DNA of 64,000 nucleotides from Luteibacter sp. (GCA_036009745.1 DASYLE010000147.1:17400-81399), one strand, 5' to 3'; positions 1-12,557 are shown, numbered from the stretch's first letter. Made by a program: numbers and translations. The notes: a model not told the origin generated them from the letters alone.

Positions 1-66
1 TTCGATAGCGAACGCGGCTCGGTCGAACGGGTGATGCGCCTGGTCGATCGGATGCTGGAGGAATAG
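1..66 (+). CDS. 3' end of a CDS entering the window (possibly WaaA/KdtA C-terminus)
   Basis: Frame 1 is open from base 1 to TAG at 64-66 (FDSERGSVERVMRLVDRMLEE*). It loosely resembles WaaA C-termini, and waaA is often next to tolC in Xanthomonadales. Too short to be sure. Confidence 0.3.
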   Translation, partial: FDSERGSVERVMRLVDRMLEE

Positions 67-194
67 AGCAGAAGCGTGGGTAGGCAGCGAGCGGCCTGCC
101 AGTAGCTCTCCGGGCGAACTGCGAGACGTCGGCAATGCACGCTCTGCTTACCCTTCGCAGGCCGCTTGCGGCTGACTTACGCTCTGGCCTCTCC

Positions 195-226
195 AAAAAA
201 AGGCGCCCTTCAAGGGCGCCTTTTTT
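195..226. terminator. Bidirectional intrinsic terminator
   Basis: A7-GGCGCCCTT-C-AAGGGCGCC-T6: perfect hairpin with A and T tracts, just downstream of the tolC stop. Confidence 0.85.
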
Positions 227-244
227 CATCGGATGCCTGCCTTC

Positions 245-1621
245 TTACTGCAGCAGCGCGTTCGCCGCTTCCAGGTCCTTGACGTCGATATTGCCGGCGG
301 TCTGCTTCAGCAACAGCTTGTTGAGGATGAACTGGTGGCGGGCGAGCGAGTAGTTGCTCTGCGCCTGGGTCAGGTTCTGCTGGGCGATCAGCACGTCGAC
401 GATGGTACGGGTACCGACCTCGAAACCGGCCTGGGTCGCGTCGCGGGCGCTCTGTGCGGAAATCACCGCGGCCTTGGTCGCCTCGACCTCGCTGATGCCG
501 GCCACTACGGAACGGAAGAAGTTCAGCGTGCTGCGGACGACGCCGCGACGGGTCGCTTCCAGTGAGTCCTGTGCGGAGTCGCGCTGGTAGATCGACTGGC
601 GGACCAGCGACTGGGTTGCGCCGCCGGAGAAGATCGGCACGTTAAGGGTCAGGCCAACCGTGGTCTGGCCACGGCCATTGCCGGTGCCGCCGGTATCCAG
701 GTCGGCACCCGGCACGCGGTTCTGCAGCCAGGTCGTGTTCTTGCCGTACGAGGCGCTGGCTTCGAGGGTCGGCAGGTGACCGGAGCGGGCGGCGGTGATG
801 CTGTGCTCGGCGGACTGGACGGTGAACTGCGCGGCGGCGATCGTCGGGCTGGTCTGCACGGCGGTGTCGACCCAGGCCTTGGCGTCGTTCGGCGAGGGCG
901 GATCCATCGGCAGGTCTTCGCGCAGCTTCTTGAGGTTATCCGCTGGCGCGCCGGTGATCTGGGTCAGCGCTTCGCGGGCATCGGCCAGCGTGTTCTGCGC
1001 GGTGATGACCTGGGCCACAGCGGTGTCGTGCTGGGCTTTGGCATCCTGCACGTCGGTGATCGCGGACAGGCCGACGTCGAAACGCTGCTGGGCTTGCTCG
1101 AGCTGGCGCGACAGCGCCTGTTCGTTAGCCTTGGCGAAGGTCAGTGCATCGTCGCTGGTCAGCACGGTGAAGTAGGCCGTGGTCACGCGCGTGGCCAGTG
1201 CCTGCAGCGCCGCCTCATAGGTGGCGTCCTGCGCGCTCAGCTGCGAGTGCGCCGCCTGCAGATTGGCGATCTTGCTGAAGTCGAACACCGTCTGGCTGGC
1301 ATTGATGCCGATGCTGCGGTTACGCGAGTGCCCGGTGTCCGGCGACAGGATGGTCGTGCTGCCGTCGGGGTTCTGGGTGGCGACGGGCGTCGAGCCGGAA
1401 ACCTGCGTCTGGCTGATGCTGGCCGTTCCGCTGACCTGCGGGAGCAGCAGGGCGCGCGACTGCACGACGGTTTCGCCGGTGGCCAGGCGGGTCGAGTCGG
1501 CCTGCGACAGGACCGGGTCGTTGGCCCGTGCCTGGCGGTAGGCGTCGAGCAGGTCTTCCGCCTGGACTAGCATCGGGCACGCCGCCAGTGCCAGCGCAAC
1601 GGTGAGAAGCTTCAAACGCAT
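245..1621 (-). CDS. tolC: TolC family type I secretion/efflux outer membrane channel
   Basis: Signal peptide followed by EDLLDAYRQARANDP; QRFDVGLSAITDV and GFEVGTRTIVDVL repeats typical of the OEP family. Confidence 0.96.
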   Translation of the reverse strand: MRLKLLTVALALAACPMLVQAEDLLDAYRQARANDPVLSQADSTRLATGETVVQSRALLLPQVSGTASISQTQVSGSTPVATQNPDGSTTILSPDTGHSRNRSIGINASQTVFDFSKIANLQAAHSQLSAQDATYEAALQALATRVTTAYFTVLTSDDALTFAKANEQALSRQLEQAQQRFDVGLSAITDVQDAKAQHDTAVAQVITAQNTLADAREALTQITGAPADNLKKLREDLPMDPPSPNDAKAWVDTAVQTSPTIAAAQFTVQSAEHSITAARSGHLPTLEASASYGKNTTWLQNRVPGADLDTGGTGNGRGQTTVGLTLNVPIFSGGATQSLVRQSIYQRDSAQDSLEATRRGVVRSTLNFFRSVVAGISEVEATKAAVISAQSARDATQAGFEVGTRTIVDVLIAQQNLTQAQSNYSLARHQFILNKLLLKQTAGNIDVKDLEAANALLQ

Positions 1622-1653
1622 GGTGTCGCCTCGGTAAGGGGTGAAAAAGTGGA

Positions 1654-2313
1654 TCAGAGCACGAAGCGCTTGGCCGGCGCGGCATGCGCCAGGTAAGGCA
1701 GATCGGTCTCGAACAGGGATTCTTCGCGGTAGCGGCCGTCGCCTTCGTGGGTCAGCAGGAGGGCCTGCTGCGCCGGCGAATCGCCGCGTACCACGAACAT
1801 GCGGCCGCCCGTCTTCAGCCAGCGCACGAAATGCTCAGGCACGATGTGAACGGCACCGGTAACGACCACCGCATCGAAAACGCCTCGCGGCTGGTAGGCG
1901 TTGACCGCCTCGGCCACTTCCAGGCGCACGTTGGCGATGCCGGCCTTGCCCAGGCGCTCACCGGCGGTAGCGATGAAGTCGGCATGGATGTCGACGCTGG
2001 TGACCTGGCGGGCGAGCTTTGCCATGCAGGCGGTAAGGAAGCCCGCGCCGGTGCCGATTTCCAGCACCTCGTCGGTGTCCTGCAATTCCAGCGCCTGCAG
2101 CACGCGCCCTTCGACCACCGGCTTCATCATCACCTCGCCGTGGCCCAGCGGCAGACCGAGGTCGGCGAAGGCCATATTGCGGTGGGCGGGCGCGACGAAA
2201 TCCTCGCGACGGACCTGGGCCAGGACGTCGAGCACGCGCAGGTCGAGGACTTCCCACGGCCGGACCTGGTTTTCGACCATGTTCTGCCGTGCCTGCTCGA
2301 AGTTCATAGCCAT
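1654..2313 (-). CDS. pcm: Protein-L-isoaspartate O-methyltransferase family
   Basis: ARQNMVENQVRPW N-terminus and VLEIGTGAGF SAM-binding motif; the pcm-tolC arrangement is typical. Confidence 0.92.
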   Translation of the reverse strand: MAMNFEQARQNMVENQVRPWEVLDLRVLDVLAQVRREDFVAPAHRNMAFADLGLPLGHGEVMMKPVVEGRVLQALELQDTDEVLEIGTGAGFLTACMAKLARQVTSVDIHADFIATAGERLGKAGIANVRLEVAEAVNAYQPRGVFDAVVVTGAVHIVPEHFVRWLKTGGRMFVVRGDSPAQQALLLTHEGDGRYREESLFETDLPYLAHAAPAKRFVL

Positions 2314-2542
2314 CTGTGCGTCCCGTGCGAATCGGTAAAAAAGGTCAGAAATGATAAGTGCTTAGGCGCGGTCCGACAATGCCAAGGCTGCGGCTTTCAT
2401 GCTCGTTCACGAAGTGCCGGAAGTCATCGCGCTCACCTGACGGACGTCATGCCGGCACGATGAAAACCCCTTTCCGGCGGCTTGCAGCTTACCCCGTTGG
2501 CACTGGAAAAAGCCGCAGGCGCCCCCATAAATGCTAAGGTGA

Positions 2543-2872
2543 TCAGGCGCTAAGTCGCAGACGCTGGCCCTCGAGGGCCGCCGTCGCCGGCAGCAGGTCG
2601 AGCGCTTCGTCGACGTCCGCATACAGGCTGCCATCGAGGCGCCGGATGCGACCGAGCAGGGAATCGTCGCCACGGCTGACATTGGCGATGCAGAGCCAGG
2701 CCAGCCAGCGGGCCAGGCGGCCCAGTTCAACGGCTTCGAGTGCCGAAAGCGTGCCGCGGGCGGCGAAAGCCTGGCGTCGCGCGGCGGCACCGGTCTGCTC
2801 GATCCACAGCGCGATCGCGCGCTGGGCGTGGCGGTAACCCGGGCTGAGAATCAGTTCGACCGTGGTAGGCAT
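2543..2872 (-). CDS. Hypothetical protein (109 aa, helical)
   Basis: ATG-initiated ORF with GC-typical codon use filling the gap divergent from the TetR gene; no recognisable motif. Confidence 0.55.
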   Translation of the reverse strand: MPTTVELILSPGYRHAQRAIALWIEQTGAAARRQAFAARGTLSALEAVELGRLARWLAWLCIANVSRGDDSLLGRIRRLDGSLYADVDEALDLLPATAALEGQRLRLSA

Positions 2873-2934
2873 ATGGGACCAGTGCGTTTTGCTGGTGTTC
2901 TGGAAATAACTAAACCGACGCGTATAATAAAGCC

Positions 2935-3621
2935 ATGTCTTCTGTTTGTGAAGGTGCCAGCATGAACGCCAGCCCGAAAATGAAAGCTCAGGGTCCGGGG
3001 CGTCCCAAGGATATGGAGAAGCGCGCGGCCATCCTGGATGCCGCCAAGGCGCTCTTCGTCCAGACCGGTTTCGGCGGCACCAGCATGGACAACGTGGCCG
3101 CGGCCGCGGGTGTGTCCAAGCTGACGGTCTACAGCCACTTCGGGGACAAGGACAACCTGTTCCGCGAAGTCGTTCGCGCGCACATCCAGGATCGCCTGCC
3201 GGACGATATGTTCGCCGCGGTGCCCGGCGGCGATATCCGCGTGCGCCTGGTCAACATCGCCCATGCCTATGCCGGCATGGAAACGAATTCGGACACGGTC
3301 GGCACCTTCCGCGCCATCCTCAGCGACTGCCAGCAGGGCGGCAACCCGCGCTTCGGCCGGCTGCTCTGGGAAGAAGGCCCGGCGCGCACCCATGCGCTGA
3401 TGCAGAGGCTGCTGCAGCAGGGCGTGGACGACGGCGCCCTGGTCATTACCGACGTTTCGCGTGCGGCGACCCAGTTCCAGGCCCTGCTCAAGGGCGACCT
3501 GCTGCTGCGCCGGCTGTTCGGCTGCGAGGACTGCGTGGTGAAATTCGCCGACGAGGTGACCACCAACGCGCTGGCCGCGGTCGACATGTTCCTGCTGGCC
3601 TATAGCGCCGACCGGCACTGA
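2935..3621 (+). CDS. TetR/AcrR family transcriptional regulator
   Basis: GRPKD...ILDAAKALF...GFGGTSMDNVAAAAGVSKLTVYSHFGDKDNLF helix-turn-helix. The start may be ATG 2962. Confidence 0.93.
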   Translation: MSSVCEGASMNASPKMKAQGPGRPKDMEKRAAILDAAKALFVQTGFGGTSMDNVAAAAGVSKLTVYSHFGDKDNLFREVVRAHIQDRLPDDMFAAVPGGDIRVRLVNIAHAYAGMETNSDTVGTFRAILSDCQQGGNPRFGRLLWEEGPARTHALMQRLLQQGVDDGALVITDVSRAATQFQALLKGDLLLRRLFGCEDCVVKFADEVTTNALAAVDMFLLAYSADRH

Positions 3622-3641
3622 CTTTCCCCGGCGGTGAACCG

Positions 3642-3672
3642 AAGGGCGATGTTTTGCGACATCGCCCTTTTT
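3642..3672 (+). terminator. Intrinsic terminator of the TetR gene
   Basis: AAGGGCGATGT-TTTGCG-ACATCGCCCTT followed by TTT. Confidence 0.75.
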
Positions 3673-3690
3673 CGTGGGCGCTCCGCCACT

Positions 3691-3784
3691 GGCCCCCGGC
3701 CTGCACCGGGCGACGGTGAGGAACGCTGGGATATTTCCTCACCGCCCATAGCCCTCACCGTCGCCCCGGCGCAGGCCGGGGCCC
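3691..3784. repeat. Long imperfect inverted repeat (~30-bp arms)
   Basis: CCGGCCTGCACCGGGCGACGGTGAGG pairs with CCTCACCGTCGCCCCGGCGCAGGCCGG; intergenic between tetR and the TPP riboswitch. Confidence 0.7.
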
Positions 3785-3859
3785 AGTGGCGATGCACCGG
3801 ATCCTCGCCGGGCGCATGGGCCGTTCGCTCTTCCCTCCGTTTTCTGCTTGAATAGGCGG

Positions 3860-5886
<2,027 letters not shown>

Positions 5887-6017
5887 TTCGCGAACGCCTT
5901 TCATTCGCGCAACCGTTCACCTGTTCTTTCCATCGGCGCGCCTAACGTGGCCGGGCCAGCCGACACCCCAGGGTGTCGGCGCAACCCATTCCCACCCACT
6001 CACCGAGGAGGCAGGTC

Positions 6018-6569
6018 ATGGCCAGCAACGCCAAGCCATTCGCGACCGATATCGAAAACATCCGCAAGCGGGCGCGCGAGCATATCGACAAGGGCGCGGT
6101 CACCAGCGGTTACAAGGCCGATCGCGAGACGGTGGTGAAAGTATTGAACGAGGCGCTGGCGACCGAGATCGTCTGCGTGCTGCGTTACAAGTACCACTAC
6201 TACATGGCGCCGGGTATTCACTCGCAATCGGTCAAGGCCGAGTTCCTCGAACATGCAAATGAGGAACAGGTGCATGCTGACCGCATCGCCGAGCGCATCA
6301 CCCAGCTCGACGGCGCGCCCAACTTCAATCCGGAAGGCCTGCTCAGCCGCAGCCATGCCGATTACGTCGAAGGCACCACCCTGGTCGACATGATCAAGGA
6401 AGACCTGGTTGCCGAACGCATCGCCATCGACAGCTACCGCGAAATCATCGACTACATCGGCAGCGACGATCCGACCACGCGCCGGATCATGGAAGAGATC
6501 CTCGCCCAGGAAGAAGAACACGCCGAGGACATGGCCACCCTGCTCGAAAACCTCGGCGCCACGGCCTAG
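6018..6569 (+). CDS. Ferritin-like/bacterioferritin family diiron protein
   Basis: RBS GAGGAG; ferroxidase-type motifs NEALATE, EEQVHAD, EDLVAERIAI, EEEHAED. Confidence 0.9.
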   Translation: MASNAKPFATDIENIRKRAREHIDKGAVTSGYKADRETVVKVLNEALATEIVCVLRYKYHYYMAPGIHSQSVKAEFLEHANEEQVHADRIAERITQLDGAPNFNPEGLLSRSHADYVEGTTLVDMIKEDLVAERIAIDSYREIIDYIGSDDPTTRRIMEEILAQEEEHAEDMATLLENLGATA

Positions 6570-6861
6570 GGAGCCTCTGATCTATTCCGCGCAGGCGTCA
6601 CCGTTACTGTAAGCGCGCAGATCGGCGTTGGGATGGCGAAGGCAGACTGGACGTCTTTCGAGCCAGCCCGGCGGCGAGCTGCGCGCTTACAGCAACGGCC
6701 CCCACGTCTTGCTTTATAGATGATGGGGTGATGTCCAGAAGGCTCGCTACCGGCACCGCCCGGCTTGGTAAGGGAGCCACCCTTGCCGGCGCCGGGCAGC
6801 ACCGGTGGCGAGCCTTCTGGACATCATGCCGCCTGCGTGGAATAGATCAGAGGCTCCCTAG
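6566..6861. mobile_element. Putative non-autonomous MITE-like element with ~32-bp terminal inverted repeats bounded by CTAG
   Basis: CTAGGGAGCCTCTGATCTATTCCGCGCAGGCG (6566-6597) versus CGCCTGCGTGGAATAGATCAGAGGCTCCCTAG (6830-6861), 1 mismatch; internal hairpins; no convincing gene inside. Confidence 0.6.
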
Positions 6862-6876
6862 GGGCCTCTGATCTAG

Positions 6877-7293
6877 CTATTCCACGTCGACGCGCCTGAC
6901 CTGTTCGAGCCAGTGATCGAGGTTGTAATAGTTCGTCACGCGGGAAATCCTGCCGTCACGGACATCGAAGAAGGCGCCCGCCGGAAGCACATAGGCCTGC
7001 CCCCGGGCCGGCGGCAAGCCTTCGTCGGTGTTCCTGTATTCGCCATGCACGACGAATTCGGCTGCCGCATGCGTGCCGTCCTGACTGGCCATGATGGCGA
7101 TACCGCGCAATTCCTCGCGATAGCAGCGCTCCATCCGCGCAAGGAAGGCGGCGAAGGCCTCGCGGCCGTGCTCGCGACCGCCCTGGTTGATGTCATGGAC
7201 CACGTCATCGCTGAGTTCGGCGAGCATGCCCGCCCAGTCGCCATTGTTGAATGCCGCGTAGTAGCGGCCGATGAGATCGAGGGTGGTTGCCAT
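6877..7293 (-). CDS. SnoaL/NTF2-like (ketosteroid isomerase-related) protein
   Basis: RYYAAFNNGDWAGMLAELSDDVVHD...GREAF...DGRISRVTNYYN pattern; immediately follows frmA. Confidence 0.85.
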   Translation of the reverse strand: MATTLDLIGRYYAAFNNGDWAGMLAELSDDVVHDINQGGREHGREAFAAFLARMERCYREELRGIAIMASQDGTHAAAEFVVHGEYRNTDEGLPPARGQAYVLPAGAFFDVRDGRISRVTNYYNLDHWLEQVRRVDVE

Positions 7294-7294
7294 A

Positions 7295-8431
<1,137 letters not shown>

Positions 8432-8439
8432 CTAGTGTA

Positions 8440-8461
8440 GTAGGAGCGCGCCTGTGCGCGA
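8440..8461 (+). repeat. REP-like palindrome (GTRG family)
   Basis: GTAGGAGCGCGCCTGTGCGCGA; related copies at ~12543, 17591, 48259, 48341 and 54052. Confidence 0.7.
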
Positions 8462-8919
8462 AAAGCCAGCAGCACCCGGAAGCCGCGAAGCCATGCCCGC
8501 GCGCTGAACTGCCCCTGGCAGCCGCCGACGACGGCCCCCTGCAAAGCGCCCCGGTTTCGGCCATATTTGTCTTCCGATCATTCAAGCCCGCGGCGTGGGG
8601 GGCTTGGCAATGCTGTCTTCGCGGCTGTGCCAACGGGCGGGCCATGCACAGCCCGACCTCCCGTCGCGGCGGCGTTCGCCGGCGACCGGTGGCCCGCGCG
8701 TACATCCCGACAAGGCCAGGAACGACAGACGTCCTGCCACCGGAACAGGTAGTCAACCATATCCAACCGTCGCGCATACGTCGCGACCGGTCGTCGCCTT
8801 CAGCGAAGGCGCTCCAGGCGATTTCGGAACCATCCGGTTCCGGATCCGATCCGGCGCGGATGTCCCGCCGGGTCGTCGCAACACCACCAACCCGTAGTGA
8901 ACCTACCCAGGAGAGTTTG

Positions 8920-9696
8920 ATGAACACGCATTTCGAACGTACCGGCGCCCTGACTGAATTGAGCAGCTATCCGCAGTGGGCCCAGGACATGGTGGCCTCT
9001 TGCGAAGACGCGAAGCACGGCGTGGTCGGGCATGAGTTGTGGACGCTCATGCGCGCCGCACAGGTCGATCCGGTGACCACCCGGCATTTCATGGTCGGCA
9101 TCTGGCCGGTCATCGAGCGGTTTCCCGGCTACATGTCGCATAACTTGCTGAAAACACGCTTTGGTCGCAGTGCGGGTGACAATCTGGCCCGGCGCTGGCT
9201 GGTGCGGAATATCCGTGTCGAGCAGAACCACGCCGAGTATTGGCTGAACTGGGCCGAAGGTGCGGGGGTGCAGCGCCATGACGTCCTGGAGGGCTTGCCG
9301 CCGCAAGGCAGCCAGACCCTGGCCGATTGGTGCGAGGAGGTCAGCGCCAGGGATTCCCTGGCCGCCGGCATCGCCGCAACCAATTACGCCGTCGAAGGGG
9401 CGACCGGGGAATGGTCCCAGTTGATCTATGAAAGCGCCACGTATGCCGAAAGCTTCAGTCCCAAGGCCCGGGCGGGTAGCCTGCGCTGGCTCCAGTTGCA
9501 CGCTGCCTACGACGACACCCATCCCTGGGAGGCCCTGGAAATCGTCTGTACCCTCATGGGAATGGCCCCACCTGCCGATGAAGTGGAACATATCGGCGAA
9601 TGCATCAAGCGCAGTTACACCAGCATGCGTATTACCCTAGACCGGTGCATGGATGCCTATCGCTCGCTGAATGCTGTCAACGACGTCGCAGCTTGA
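8920..9696 (+). CDS. undA: UndA-like fatty-acid oxidative decarboxylase (heme-oxygenase-like diiron enzyme, 1-alkene forming)
   Basis: Colinear, by recall, with Pseudomonas UndA: F.RTG.L.E..SYP.W, ARRWLVRNIRVEQNHAEYW, AATNYAVEGATGEWS, WLQLHAAYDDTHPWEALEI. RBS CAGGAG. Confidence 0.87.
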   Translation: MNTHFERTGALTELSSYPQWAQDMVASCEDAKHGVVGHELWTLMRAAQVDPVTTRHFMVGIWPVIERFPGYMSHNLLKTRFGRSAGDNLARRWLVRNIRVEQNHAEYWLNWAEGAGVQRHDVLEGLPPQGSQTLADWCEEVSARDSLAAGIAATNYAVEGATGEWSQLIYESATYAESFSPKARAGSLRWLQLHAAYDDTHPWEALEIVCTLMGMAPPADEVEHIGECIKRSYTSMRITLDRCMDAYRSLNAVNDVAA

Positions 9697-9758
9697 CGAG
9701 TCCAGTCGTGGCAAGGTGCGCGGAACGAAAGCCAATGCGTTAGGAACCGTAGGACGCA

Positions 9759-12509
9759 ATGCCACACAGCCAAGCCACCTCGCCACGACCGCTTTCCAGG
9801 CGCCTCATGCCCCTGGCGTACGCGCTCGTGGCCGTGGTGGGGCTCATCCTGGCCCTGACTTGGGGAGCCCTGCAGATTCAGGTCACTCTCGCCGGATTTC
9901 TGAACGGCGAGAGTGTCTGGTCCAAGGCACAGAAACAGGGCGTCATCGACCTGGAAGCCTATGCCCGAAGCGGCAACCAGGCTCACCTGGACAGTTTCCG
10001 ACGCAATGCCGCCATCCTGGCCCACGACCGCTGGGCCCGCGACGCGATCGCCAGCGGCCATTTCGACCATGCCGCGGTCGAACAAGCCTTTGCCGATGGC
10101 AGTGTCATCACCGACGCCATTCCCGGCATGGTGTTCATCCTGCAGTACTTTTCCGACATGCCGTATATGAAGGAAGCGGTGCGGGCCTGGCGCTCGACCG
10201 ATACCTCCATCGACGAATTCGAGCGCATGGCCGACCGCTTGCAGGCGTCCTATGCCAAAGGCGACCTCTCGCCGGCACAGGTCGAGCAGCAAAGCGAGCG
10301 GATCAAGGCGCTCAACCGCTTCATCGAACCGCGCAGCAACCTCTTCTCCGTGGAGATCGCCAATGGCGCCTCCTGGCTCGGCCGCGTACTGTTCAGCGCC
10401 GTGCTGCTGGTCGCCACCCTCGCCTCCCTGCTATGGATGAGCATGGCCCGGCGCATCCTGAAGACCATACGCGGCACCGAGGAACGTTACAGCCTGCTCT
10501 ACGACAGCGCCGGCGATGCCATCGTCATGGTCGACGAGGCCAGTGGGCGCATCCTGGACGTCAACCGCACGACCTCGAGCTGGACCGGGCGCGAAAAAGA
10601 GGAACTGGTCGGCCGTGACTTCGCCGATCTCTATGTGGATATCGCCCCGCATCGCGACCGTTCGGCGATCGGTGTACTGCGCGGCCAGGGCGACCGGCCG
10701 ATTCCCGTCGAGACGCAGAGCAGCCAGACCCGCTGGGGCAATCTCGCCGTACGCCAGGCGATCATCCGCGATATTTCCGAGCGGGTGGCCATGGAGCAGG
10801 AACGCCGCGTCGCCGCGGAGGCCCTGGCCAGCATCGCCGAGGGCGTGATCATCGCCGATGCCGACCGGCGTATCGTCAACGCCAACGCCGCGCTCGGTGA
10901 GTTGACCGGCTATACCCTGCTCGAATTGCTCGGCACGCGTTTCGACGATACCCGCAGCATGCCCGATGGCCGGCCGATGCCCGCTTACATCTGGGAGGCC
11001 GTCGCGACCGAAGGCAACTGGCTGGGCGAGGTCGCAAGCCGCCGGCTTGACGGTACCGTCTACGCCGAATCGCTCAGCATCAGCAGCATCCGCGATGCCC
11101 GCGGCGTGGCGCAGCACTACGTCGCCGTATTCACCGATATCACTTCCAGCAAGGCCGACCAGTTGCGGCTGGAACACCTGGCCACACACGATCCGTTGAC
11201 CGGCCTGGTCACCCGCGCCGAGTTCGAGCGACGCTGCGCACTGGCCATCCTCGATGCCCGGCGCAACCATGGTGCCGCTGCCGTACTGTTTGTCGACCTG
11301 GACGCCTTCAAGGTCGTCAACGACAGCTATAGCCACGCGATCGGCGATACCTTGCTGACCGAAGTCGCGCGACGGATCAACGGCCAGCTTGGCGAAGGTG
11401 ATCTCGCCGGGCGCATCGGCGGCGATGAGTTCACCGTGCTCCTGACCAACATCGGCATCCGCGAGCGCGCCCACGATGTCGCTGGCCGGCTGCTCCAGAC
11501 CCTCGCCGAGCCGTTCAACGTCGCCGACTACGAAATCTATATGAGCGCGAGTATCGGTATCGCCGGCTATCCGCTGGATGGCGGCGACCCGGTCACCCTG
11601 ATCGCCAATGCCGACGCGGCGATGTACGCGGCCAAGACCGAGGAACGCAACGCCTTCCGTTTCTACACGCCCAAGATGCACGCCGATGCGCGGCGGCGCC
11701 TGCAACTGGCCGCCGAACTTCGCCAGGCGCTGGCCGGCGACGAATTCCGGCTGGTCTACCAGCCGAGCGTGGAGCTGCGTACGGGACGCATCGTCGCCGT
11801 CGAGGCGCTACTGCGATGGAAGCATCCGGAGCGCGGCGAGGTCTATCCGGACGAATTCATCCCGATCGCCGAGAGTCTCGGCCTGATCCGGCATATCGAC
11901 GATTGGGTCATGCGCACCGCCTGCAAACAGCTGTGCCGCTGGGACCAGGCGCGGATGCCGCCGATCCGGCTCGCGGTCAACGTCTCGGCCGGCTCCTTCG
12001 CCCATCCCGAACTGGTCGACCATGTCAGTGAGGTGCTGGCCGACACCGGGCTCGCCCCGCAGCGCCTGCTTCTGGAAATCACCGAAAGCGCCATCCTGCG
12101 CCTGGGCGAGGACACCGAACAGACCATGCGGTCCCTGCATGAACTCGGCGTCGGCGTGGCCATCGACGATTTCGGCACCGGATATTCCTCACTGGCCTAC
12201 CTGAAACTGCCGGCGGTGGCCTTCCTGAAGATCGACCGATCCTTTGTCACTGGCCTGCCCGGCCACGCCAATGATGCGGCGATCACTGAAGCAATGATCG
12301 CGATGTCGAAGACGCTTGGTCTGTGCACCATCGCCGAAGGTATCGAGAACCTTGCCCAACAGGAATTCCTGCTCCGCGCCGGCTGCATCGAAGGCCAGGG
12401 TTACCTGTTCTCGCGCCCGTTGCCGCCGGCGGACATCGAACGCCTGCTTTCGCCGAGCACGAAACATTCGGCCGCCAGGCTGACCGTCGTGCCACCGCGC
12501 CGCGCCTGA
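9759..12509 (+). CDS. Membrane-anchored PAS-PAS-GGDEF-EAL c-di-GMP enzyme
   Basis: Two TM helices flank a sensor region (NGESVWSKAQK), then two PAS domains, RIGGDEF, VEALLRW and DDFGTGYSSL. Confidence 0.96.
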   Translation: MPHSQATSPRPLSRRLMPLAYALVAVVGLILALTWGALQIQVTLAGFLNGESVWSKAQKQGVIDLEAYARSGNQAHLDSFRRNAAILAHDRWARDAIASGHFDHAAVEQAFADGSVITDAIPGMVFILQYFSDMPYMKEAVRAWRSTDTSIDEFERMADRLQASYAKGDLSPAQVEQQSERIKALNRFIEPRSNLFSVEIANGASWLGRVLFSAVLLVATLASLLWMSMARRILKTIRGTEERYSLLYDSAGDAIVMVDEASGRILDVNRTTSSWTGREKEELVGRDFADLYVDIAPHRDRSAIGVLRGQGDRPIPVETQSSQTRWGNLAVRQAIIRDISERVAMEQERRVAAEALASIAEGVIIADADRRIVNANAALGELTGYTLLELLGTRFDDTRSMPDGRPMPAYIWEAVATEGNWLGEVASRRLDGTVYAESLSISSIRDARGVAQHYVAVFTDITSSKADQLRLEHLATHDPLTGLVTRAEFERRCALAILDARRNHGAAAVLFVDLDAFKVVNDSYSHAIGDTLLTEVARRINGQLGEGDLAGRIGGDEFTVLLTNIGIRERAHDVAGRLLQTLAEPFNVADYEIYMSASIGIAGYPLDGGDPVTLIANADAAMYAAKTEERNAFRFYTPKMHADARRRLQLAAELRQALAGDEFRLVYQPSVELRTGRIVAVEALLRWKHPERGEVYPDEFIPIAESLGLIRHIDDWVMRTACKQLCRWDQARMPPIRLAVNVSAGSFAHPELVDHVSEVLADTGLAPQRLLLEITESAILRLGEDTEQTMRSLHELGVGVAIDDFGTGYSSLAYLKLPAVAFLKIDRSFVTGLPGHANDAAITEAMIAMSKTLGLCTIAEGIENLAQQEFLLRAGCIEGQGYLFSRPLPPADIERLLSPSTKHSAARLTVVPPRRA

Positions 12510-12528
12510 TCGGGATCGCAAGAAGCGG

Positions 12529-12557
12529 AGGGTCTCCTCGTCGGGCGCTCCCTACAG
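12529..12557 (-). repeat. Degenerate REP-like element
   Basis: Reverse strand reads CTGTAGGGAGCGCCCGACGAGG..., in the intergenic gap. Confidence 0.45.

Noticed and set aside
64-185. Imperfect nested inverted repeats downstream of the first partial gene
   Set aside because: The arms are short and mismatched, with no clear match to the REP consensus; not supportable as a discrete element.
8644-8919. 92-aa N-terminal extension of the UndA ORF
   Set aside because: Homology and the RBS (CAGGAG) support ATG 8920; the extension is low-complexity.
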